Below are positions 38,617 through 49,100 of a DNA stretch of 64,000 nucleotides, piece by piece. The notes below the pieces were generated by a model that was given only the letters and a program-made list of their open reading frames with translations, made no database searches and had not been told where the DNA came from. A program made the translations under genes and the position numbers. The DNA is from Podarcis erhardii (taxonomy: Eukaryota). Where the stretch lies: NCBI GenBank assembly GCA_964252035.1, contig OZ176205.1; one strand, 5' to 3'. Positions within the stretch are counted from its first letter, which is position 1. The number at the start of each line of letters is the position of its first letter.

Positions 38617-41600
38617 TTCCATGCATACTAGTAATAAATAAATGTTTGAATCAAGATTCCTTTCCTGCCATTGGGAGCAACCCATCAATAGAGTTCCTTT
38701 GTGGGGATTGTTTCACTGGTAGAGGGAACTTTTGGCAATTCCCCCTTTTCCTCTGTGAACCCCAGCAACACTTCTAGAGCACTTTCTGAAACAGGGTGGA
38801 AGGTGTCGCTGCAGTAAAAGTTGAGTCCCCTTCCACCAGTGGGATCTGCCTTCTGTGAACACAAGGAAGCCTTTCCCTTCATTGACAGTGAAACCTGGAT
38901 CCAGCCCCGTATAACTAAGTCAATTCCTATTTCAGCAAAAGCAGAGGGTTGTAAAGAGGCTCTTGTGTTGGATACCATCACATTTAAATTGTCTTGCAAG
39001 GATCATGGTTCATAGTCTGCTGGTAGGCAGAAGCAGTCAGATTATGTGGACAAAAAGGCCTTGCAAAAGAAAAAAAGGGAAAGAAAGTGGGGGGAGTTCA
39101 ATCTAAACAAGCTGCACTGTATTTTCAACAGGAGGTACATTGATAGGAGAATTCTGAAAGTTTCTTCTCTTTTCTCAGAAGTGAATGGATGTGTTATCCT
39201 CCTGCATCACGTTTCCAAATTATTTTTCACAGCTGTGCGCACATGTCTTCTAAAAGTAAAGTAGAGAGAGGTCTTAAGTGTCCTTCTGCAAAGACAAGGC
39301 TACATTTGTGCCTTGATTAAAGTCTCCTTGCGAACGCTCCCCATGTGGCTTTGATCAACCAACATATTAAGATGGATGTGAGAAATTTTCTGAAATATGT
39401 GAGAAAAGGTAAATTAGCAACCAACCGGTGATCCATGTGCGTTTAATACCTTTGGAACTTGCTCGACTGACTGGGGAATTGGTGTATCTAGGGAATTGGT
39501 GTGCAGAGATGTTTCAACTGATTCACAAGTTACCCTTCCACACATATTCGAACTGCTTCTCAACCTTTTCTTAATGCAGGCTTGGGAAGGAAATATGAGA
39601 ACAGCCCTAATCGTGGTGACATTTCCTTGCAAAATCTAATTATAGACATTCCTCCTAAGGTTGAATGATTCAAAGCTACAGAGGGGATCTAGTTATTCAT
39701 ACTACTAAACTGTAGAAACAGGAAAATCAAGATTCCAAGTAGCTTTTGAAAATAACCCATCCTCTAGTTAGACTTAGAGGTATTCATGGTTTGTATGTGT
39801 CTTTGGAAAAAATGGTTAAAAATTAATTTTACAGCTGTTTGTTCTGAACCAAAGAGACAATCTTGTGCAAAATGTCAAAGGAGCCCTTTGATGTGGAACA
39901 AACACCTCCTGCCCTATTCAAAAGATATTTTATAGCTTCTCTTCATTCTCCCCTTTATCATCCCTCATTAGGCATCTTTAGTTGGAGTCAGTCTGTGAAA
40001 TGAATTTTTTCTTATTCCAATGTAATCTTTTGTGTCTCCAGCCATTTGTTGTAAATATAACATTCTCTGCCCTCCTCTTATTTACTTTCCCTTTGGACTT
40101 CAGCAGGGCCATTAAGCACTTCACCAAAAGAAAAGGCTGGTCTGGGCCTTGCAAACAAATTTCAGAAGCTGTTTGATGCCAGTCAAATTCATCTCTCTTT
40201 TCATTTGTTTGCATGTAAGTATTGTTCTCCTGTTCAAGCTCATTGCAAGCCTGCCCATTACAGTACAATGTCTTGTATGAACCAGGAAATTAAATTAATC
40301 TATAAATTCTCATAAACTAATTTTAAAAAGCAATTTGAAAAGATTGTCCATACAAGGCATGCAGGAGAAACAAAGCCAGCATCTAATTTGGACCCTGATT
40401 GTCTCGTCCTCATTCTCTCTCTTTGAAGACTGGTTCACATCATCTTTTGCCAATTTTCCCAGATTGAATTATGTCAAAATGGGAGGTTTCCAGGCTGTCA
40501 GGTTAGCAACTGACTAGGGGCACAGTTTGCTGGAACATTATCCTGCACAATCATAAGAAAAGTCAGGTTTCACAATACTCAGAATTAGATTATGTTCCTT
40601 TTTCTCTTTTTCACCTTCAAAGGTTCAGTCAACAAGTAGAGATGATTATGATAATCTCAGATGGTGACCAAGCTTCCACCCTGCAGACACACACACATTA
40701 TTAGTCTAATTTATACTGCATCCCTTATGATTTTCCTGTAGAAAATATTACCCAATCCAATGCATTAGATCATGTGGTGTTTTGCCCATATTGTAGTGTT
40801 ATGAAAGTGCCACAGGCAAAAATACTATTGAAGAGCAGACACCTGAATAGGACACAGGTTAGCAGCATTAAATTCTTCCTGGTGCTTGTCACTGTCTGAC
40901 GTACATAACTTTCTTTTCAAAAGGCAGCAAAACTGGGACATCCATCTTTTCCTTGAAGATGATAAATGGGTTAGCTCTCCATATTGTCTTCTTCAGTAGG
41001 AGAGAAAGTAACAGGAGAGAGGAATCCCAGTGCTCCCTCTGTCTTCTGGTCCCTCTTCATCTTTTGAGTTGGAATTTGCTTACAATGGCCCACTCCTCTG
41101 CCTCATTCATTCGCCCCGCTTCAGAACGCCCACTTCCCTGATCACTGCCACGGGAAGTGGTGACAGCAAAAAGTAACTAATGTTATATTAAGGAATGGAG
41201 ATTGTGTTTATTTGAAGTGAATGATGCCTTGCTGAGCTTATTTTCACTTATGCATCTGGTTGAAAATCATCACCAGATGTAAAACAGGCCTCCTTTAATA
41301 TAAGAAAGGATTTTAAACTTATGGCACATGGGGTGCATAGTCCTTCCCTGAAGTCATCCTAAAAACAGAGGTGATTACCCCACAGAAGGGAAATTATGGG
41401 TCATTATCCCCCCCAAATGAACATAATTACTTTGTCTTAAAATAAATTCTGGTTTTGTTTTTATTATGTATTTTCTTTAACCCCCCCCCAATTTGTTCTT
41501 TTAATATGAAATCTCTAGGTCCATTCAAAAATCTGGAGGCAGAACTTGCACAACGCTGGAAAGATGTCGCCCTCATAGTCTCAACCTGTAGCTGAATCCA

Positions 41601-41704
41601 GAGCTTAAAGCTTTAGAAATGTCTTGCTTCTGACCCAAGGTGAAAATTATTTCCATTATTCCACATGGGGAGAAGGGGGGGGGGAGAGAAATGCAGACCT
41701 TCAA

Positions 41705-42020
41705 TGTTTCCCTATTTTCCAGGGGCATCCCTGATTTAAAGAAGCCATCCCAGTTTCTGATTTGATCCTGGAATGTCCCCCTTTTCCTTAGGATGTCCCT
41801 CTTTTCATTGGAGAAATGCTGGAGGGTATGTTATCCAACCACCGAGCTGTCTGAAGGCAATCCTTCAAATGTTTAATGTTTCATTGTGTTTTTATATATG
41901 TTGGAAGCTGCCCAGAGTAGCTGGGACAACCCAGTAAGATGGGTGTGGGGTATAAATAGTAAAATTATCGTTATGGAATGGGACATCCCTATTTTCATTG
42001 GATAAATATTGGAGAGTATG
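41705..42020 (-). mobile_element. CATACCCTCC-family repeat containing an L2 3' tail (about 41850-41965)
   Basis: Two family termini enclose GGAAGCTGCCCAGAGT..GGGTATAAATA, which matches the L2 3' UTR. Confidence 0.6.
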
Positions 42021-43671
42021 GAAATGTCAGGCCTTGTGAGAGGCAAATGCCTGTCTCCTAGCAAGGCCCCTTAAGGTCACTGGAGAACAGAAGATTGCAC
42101 TGTGCACAGTAACGGTCAGGATGGGCCTGAAAGCTCCAAATGTCCCACATCAGATCTTAACCAAAGTAATGCAAGGCTTCATCTTCAGTTAGTAGACTCT
42201 GACATTGTCCATTAGGGTTAGAAGCAATTGGCCACATTTCCAAATGCCCCACTCAATAAAGACTTCATGGTATGCGCAATCTGAGAGCCTAACTTGAGGA
42301 AGGAGAATGGTTTCTTATAACAGTGTTTTTGAGGAAGCTTTTAGGGAATGTTTTTCATCAGGTAGGTCTGTGTCTGCAGGTTTTTCCTTCAAGCTCTTGA
42401 ATCAGGCTACTAGTCACAGTAGCCAAGGCAGCAGGAAAATTGCCTTGGATTATTCTCATCACTAGAGAGTCAGTTCCAGTTGACAAACTAAAAGGGCCTA
42501 GTAATTGAATATAAAACTGAATTACTGCACATTTCCTAGCTTTATCTGACACAGACGTTTTTAAAGGAAATTTAATAGTACTGACAGAGTGTATTGGAAT
42601 ACTCAATATGTTTTACTGTTTCATTTGTACTGTTAAAAGAGATTTATGAGAGCTTTTTTGCCAGTGTGTGTTTATAAAGAAAGCTACCTTATCAAAAATT
42701 TAAAATAAGTGTTTTATTCTTAAAAAATGCTAAAAGAAAGCAGTGTTAAATAAACATGAACCTTGGTTATCGAAAAATATTTCAAAGTTCTAATGCACCA
42801 GGTGCCTCTTCTGTCTATTATTTCCCAGAATCCACAATGGAACTTGTTTGAAATGCAATTAGTGAGCGAAGTTTGAAAGGAGAGGCTGACAATTCTGCTC
42901 AATGGAAATATATATATAGCTATTATTATGGTGGTCTGAGAATGTCATGATTCTTTCCTCTGGGGCTCAGAATTACACTTTAGTATCCTGATAGATCATA
43001 GATGTTAGGTTATTATAAAATGCTGACAGATAAGGCTGTGATTTGTGAAGGCTCCATCCAAATTCTTACCTTTAATTTCTGTTAACATTTGACAGAGCGT
43101 CATGATGCTGAAAACCCCAAAAGTTCATTGAAATTCAGCATGAGGCCAACTGCCTTGCATACATTTCACATTTGCAGATAACACTCGTACATCTCCTGAC
43201 ACAGGGTTTCAAAATGAATATCTCATCAAAAGGTATAGGAAAGGTATATATGCTTTGATTTCACAATAAACTTCAATGCGTCAAAATGGGACTGTGTGCT
43301 GAGAAATAATTTAAGCTGAGCAAAGGGGAGGTTGTTGGCTTTTTTAAATGATACTATAAAGGAAATGATCATCTGTTTGGGCAATATTCTGTTTAATACA
43401 TTTAAAAATAAATCACATTTATTTAAAAATAAATCACAGAATGCCCCAAGGCAGTTTTGTTGTCTCTGAATAACTATTATTAAAATCTCTGAATAACTAT
43501 TATTAAAATCACCAACAGATGCAATCTTTGGGGAGGGGAGGTGTTCCATTGTGATTTTTTTTTACTGAGAGACATGGGTATAGAATATAGCTAAGCAAGT
43601 GACCCAGGAGCTGGATCCAAGTTCAAATCATGACTGAGACATAAACTTGTGAGCTTGTACATTCACAGCTC

Positions 43672-44224
43672 CCATCTGCACAATATATGTAAACTAGTAC
43701 AGTGGTACCTCGGGTTACAGACGCTTCAGTTTACAGACTCTTCAGGTTACAGACTCCACTAACCCAGAAATAGTACCTTGGGTTAAGAACTTTGCTTCAG
43801 GATGAGAACAGAAATTGCGCAGCAGCGGTGCGGCAGCAGCGGGAGGCCCCATTAGCTAAAGTGGTACCTCAGGTTAAGAACAGTTTCAGGTTAAGAACGG
43901 ACCTCCAGAACGAATTAAGTTCTTAACCCGAGGTACCACTGTATCATGTCTTTAAACAGTCATGGCTTCCCCCAAAGAATCATAGGAAGTGTAGTTGTGC
44001 TAAGAGTTGTTAGGAGACCCCTATTTCCGTCACAGAGCTACATTTCCCAGAATTCCCTGGGAAGGGGGATGGATCATTAAACCACTCTGAAAATAATAGT
44101 TCTGTGAGGAGGTTTCCTAACAACTCTCAGCCCCCTTCACAAACTACAGTTTCCAGGATTCTTTGGGATGAGCCATGACCACTTAGTGGTATAATGATGC
44201 TTTAAATGTACTGTGCAGATGAGG
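43672..44224. mobile_element. Long imperfect inverted-repeat (foldback) element
   Basis: Termini CATCTGCAC/GTGCAGATG; inner arms CATGGCT..CAAAGAAT..TAAGAGTTGTTAGGA mirrored at right. Relatives at about 54745-55010 and 58795-59005. Confidence 0.7.
43700..43941 (-). mobile_element. CAGTGGTACCTCGGGTT-family MITE nested in an inverted-repeat element
   Basis: TIRs and TA flanks; interrupts the left arm of 43672-44224. Confidence 0.9.
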
Positions 44225-44227
44225 CCA

Positions 44228-44345
44228 TAGTATTGGAAGAGACCTGAGATGCCATCTAGTCCAAGCCCCCAGCAGATCCACTACTACAAGCATCCCTGAA
44301 AAGTGATCATCCAATCTCCACTTAAAATGTCTAACAAAAGAGAGC
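44228..44345 (-). mobile_element. Old CR1 3' fragment
   Basis: TTGGAAGAGACC..CATCTAGTCCAA..GCATCCCTGA resembles the antisense CR1 3' consensus. Confidence 0.5.
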
Positions 44346-45419
44346 CTCCCTATAGCTCGTACCCTTACACTTTCCTGTCCAAATTTACCTGGCAATGGCC
44401 ATGGCAGTGCCAGGAAGACCTTATTTTCCTCAACATCTGCCCCAAATCCATTTGCTGCTCCATGCCTTTCTCTCAAAATGAACGTTGGAGTTCCCCCCTG
44501 CAACAATTATGAACAAGGCTCCAGAGGATGACATCACAGAGAGCACAATGAGGTCCAAACAACAATATATGACCAGGGAATACTTACTTCTACTTCCTCT
44601 TCTCATATTTTCCTGGGGCCTTTCTGAAGTAAGCCAAGGATAACTTGTCAGCACCAGTTAAGAAATATGAACAGGCCCATCTGTTCCAGTATCCTATTTT
44701 CACGACAGCCAACCACACTCCTATGGAATGTCCATAAGTAGGACATGAGTGGAAGAGTTCTCTCCCTATGTGTGATCCTCAGATGGTGGTATTGGAACTA
44801 CCATGGCTAGTTAAAGCCCATTCCAATGGCAAATGAATGATGCCAAGATTATACTGGTGTCATCTATTGACCTCTCTCTATCTGAAATATTATCAACACA
44901 CCTGCAAAAAATGCCCTAGATCAACTAGTATATGAAATACTTCCAATAATTTAATTCCTGGACTCAATTCCACACTTCCACTGGCATCCTAATATCAACA
45001 TTGTAAATCCATATAACAGTTGCATCATCTTTACAACATTTTTTCCTCCTTTGGTTAATTATCACCTTGATGCAGCCAGAGGCAAGAACACTATTTTCAC
45101 CTACCTGGGTGGGATGAAGTTAAGCGCAGCCTTGCCACCCTTTTAATATGTGAAGACATTACACAGCTGGCTCTCAGATCATAGCAGAAGGCATTTAGCA
45201 GGAAATGTTTGTCAAATTTGATTTATTTTGTATTATTCAGATTTACAACTTGAAGGCTTTTAAGCTGATATGTGTGAATCCTAGAGAGACATTTAAATAC
45301 CTTCCTCCTGTTTGGAATACTTGTGCTTATGTTCAACTCTGCTTTGGGGAGATCTAGTCTGTAATGTTTTGTTGCTTACACCGTGGACAGTTGTCTTTAA
45401 CAAAATAAGGATATCATGT

Positions 45420-46173
45420 TGTCAGAGCCACCCGAGGTCCCAGCTCACAAGAGACCAAAGTCCAGTCCAAGTTATGTACAAAAGGATTTATTGAAGATCA
45501 TTGTAGCCATTACATCCCAACTCCGTGGCTCCGCATCTGTTACCCTTAGATGTTAGAAGTCCCCTCTGAGTCCGTCCCTCCCCTGCACCAATTTAAGAGG
45601 CTTGTACTGCTCCACCTTTTCCTCTCTTTCCTTTTCCGCAGGGTCTTCCTGCCCCCCTGTCTTCCCTCTTTCCGGGACTCCCCAGAGGCTGAGTCTTCTC
45701 CCGCCTGCTCCCCCCTCCTTCGTGCTTTGGCACCAGGCTCCTCCTCAGAGCTCTCCTCATTTCCGCGCGCCTCTATATTTGAACTTGGCGCGCGTACGTT
45801 GCCTCTGACCTTCCTTTCTACAGTTACGCTGCTCTCGGTACTACACTCCTCCCTTTCAGGCAGGACGTCTTGCTCCGAACTCCTCCCCCTTCCTCCTTCC
45901 TGTCCTGCTCTTTCTGACACACTGGCAACTCCCCCCCCTCCACTCCTTTCCGACGGGGGAGCTGGTCCCGCTTTGCCACTCCCACTGAGGATTCCCTCTT
46001 CGTTCCCCTCTTTCTGACTGCTTCCCTCTATATTGCCCCTTGGCCTGACCAGGGGGGCTCCCTTCTGGGAATCCTCTGATTCGCTAGACGGACTTTGGGA
46101 CAACCTCGGCTCGTTGTCGTCCTCTTCCTCCTCGCCCTCGCTCTCTGTCTCCTCTCTCCCTAAAACCCTGACA
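45420..46173 (-). repeat. 3' LTR (754 bp), U3 read through by pol
   Basis: Preceded on the element strand by a polypurine tract. AATAAA at 45492-45487 (minus). The pol stop TAA at 45548-45546 lies inside it. Confidence 0.97.
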
Positions 46174-49100
46174 TCCATCCCCCCCTCGAAGCCCCCCCTT
46201 CCCCCCTTCCGCTCATCGGGTGCAGGTTGTGGAAGCTGCCGCTCTTCGGAGGCGGACGCAGGATACAGATTCTGCACCTCCATCTCCTCTGTTTGCAGTT
46301 CGTTGTACGAGTGTTCGAATTCGGGTTCTTGACCCAAGGTGTTCTCTTCTCCCTCCTCCATTGGTACCTGGTCCGGTGCTGCCTGCCAAGGTCCCGTCAG
46401 CCATTTCCTGCGCCAGTCCTCCTCTGGTTGCTCGTCCCACCAATAAGAGGGTTCTGTGTCCACCCCCGAACACGATCCCCTGGGCGAGTTGGAGTCCGGC
46501 GACCTTTCTTCGGCTGAAGAAAAGCCGTGGAAAGTGCTGCCTGAACATGTGGGCGTAAAGAGCCAGTCATCAAAGTACTCGGCTGGCATGGGTCTATGAG
46601 GGAAAAGGGCATGGAACTCGTCTTTTAAAAGAGGTTCGTCTAAGGCGTAGCCCGGCACCCAACCATTGGCACTGACTGGGGCACCCTCTCTGACTAGAAA
46701 ATATTCTACTCCCTCTTGCCCCCATCTCGAGTCCAGGATCTCTGTGACCTCGTTGAGTGGTTCGGCCCTAGGCGCCCTCTCCCTCTCCTGTGACTTAGTG
46801 TGTTGTTGCGTGACTGTGTCAGACTCCTGAAACCTGTGCGGTGCCTTGTAGGGAGTGAGCACCGATCTATGAAAGACCGGGTGCACTCTGGAACCTTCGG
46901 GGAGGGCTAGTCGAAAGGCTACAGGGTTGATTTTAGCCTCCACCTGGTACGGCCCTAACTGCCTGTGCCCCAGCTTCTTCTTGGCCAACGACTTGGCTGG
47001 CATCGCTTGGGCCGCTAACCACACCCAGTCCCCCACCTGGATCTCCTCTCCCTCTCTCCTGTTTTTGTCAGCCTGCACCTTATATGCTTGCTTGGCCAGC
47101 TCTAAATGTCTCCGCAACTCTTCGTGCACCTCCTGCAGCTCCGCTGCAAACTGGTCGGCTCCTTGCGGCACCCCCTCTCCCGGTGCCACGAACCCCGGGA
47201 AGGTTCTGGGATGACGACCATTGTTCGCGAAAAACGGCGTCACCCCCGTGGACGCGTGCTTCGTGTTGTTATAGGCAAACTCTGCCATCGGCAGGTAGTC
47301 CACCCAAACTGCTGGTCGCTGGTTGGCGTAACATCTCAGGTACTGCTGCATGATCGCGTTGACCCTCTCAGCTTGGCCGTTGGTTTGTGGGTGTCTCGCC
47401 GACGTGAGGTTGATCTTGACGTTCAGGATACCTAAAAGCTTCTGCCAAAAATTGGAAACAAACTGGCGCCCCCTGTCGGACAGGATGGACTGCGGCAGCC
47501 CATGCACCTTGAACACGTGATCGATGAAGAGTTTGGCAGTCTGTTCCGCCGTCGCCACCTTTGCGCATGGAATGAAGTGCGCCATCTTGGTGAACAGGTC
47601 CACAACCACCAGTACCGCCGTCTTCCCCCTGGAGCTGGGCAGGTCAGTAACGAAGTCCAGAGCTACCCTCTCCCACGGTTGCTGTGGCGTTTCCAGCGGT
47701 TCCAACAGCCCCGCTGGCTTCTGGTGTACTGGCTTGAACCTCTGACAAGTGTCACACCTGGCGACGTAATCCGCTACCTCTCCACGCATCCGGGGCCACC
47801 AAAAGTCTCTTGCCACCAGTTCTATTGTCTTCTCCTTACCGAAGTGGCCCGCACTGGGGGCGTCGTGCAACTGCTGCAGAACCTTTGCGCGAAGCTCGTC
47901 GCTTGGCACGTAGAGGGCACCTTTGCGAGTTAGCAGCCCGTCGCGTAGTTGGAACTCTTCGCCACTCTGCACACCTCTGCGCAATTCCTCCATCTTGGAC
48001 TGTGCGAACTGATCCACTTGCAACGCGCGTCGCACCGCGTCCAGATCTACTGTGGCGGCAGCGCACGACCACGCCTGCGGTGCGAAAATGTGCTTGGCTG
48101 CTACAGGCGCCGCTTCATCGAGATATTGCGGTTTCCTGGATAGCGCATCGGCTATAACGTTGGAATCTCCTGGGACGTACTCTATCTGAAAGTCGAAATC
48201 CGCGAAGAATTCCGCCCAGCGCATGTGCCTCTGGCTTTGGAGCTTCGCCGTGCGCCAATACTCTAGGTTCTTGTGATCCGTGCGGACCTGTACTGTGTGC
48301 TTGGCTCCTATGAGGAAGTGTCGCCACGCTTTGAAAGCTGCGTGAATGGCTAACAGCTCCCTGTCCCATATGGTGTAGTTTTGCTCCGCTTTGCTGAGCT
48401 TTCTGGAGTAAAAGGCACCGGGTCTCCAGTTGCCATGTGGATCTTCTTGCAGGAGTACGGCTCCAACTGCTCTGTCTGACGCGTCGGTCTCTACTCGCAT
48501 GGGCTTGCCTGGATTCACGTGCAGCAGCTGCTCCTCGGAGGCGAAAAGGCTTTTAAGCTTCCGAAAAGAGCGCTCTGCCTGTTCCGTCCACACGAACCTC
48601 TTCTTCTTGGAACTCAGAGTGTCCGTGATCGCTGCCGTCTCCTTTGCAAAACCTCTGATGAATTTGCGGTAGAAGTTGGCGAAGCCGATGAATCTCTGGA
48701 CTTCCTTCCGATTGCGGGGGCTCTTCCAGTCCAACACCGCGCGGACCTTGGCGCTGTCCATGGCCAGCCCCTTGTCGGACAGCTTGTAGCCTAGGAAATC
48801 CACCTCCGTCACATCAAACTGGCACTTCTCTAACTTGGCGTAGAGCCTGTTCTCCCGTAGTCTTTGCAGGACTTCCTTTACGTCCTTCTCATGGGCCTCC
48901 TCCGTTTCCGAAAAGATCAGGATGTCGTCGAGGAAACACACGCATTTCTTGTAGAGAAGTCCCGCTAGCACGTGATGCATAAAGGCTTGGAAGACGTGAG
49001 ATCCATTTTGGAGACCAAATGGCATAACTCTGTATTCATACGTGCCCAGAGGCGTGAACATGGCCGTCTTCCACTCATCGCCCTCCCGGATGCGTATGAG

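Noticed and set aside
45550-46017. 155-aa and 176-aa plus-strand ORFs in the LTRs (also 51010-51540) as antisense genes
   Set aside because: They mirror the purine-rich sense frame. The C/T-rich strand rarely forms stops and the products are low-complexity S/P/L.
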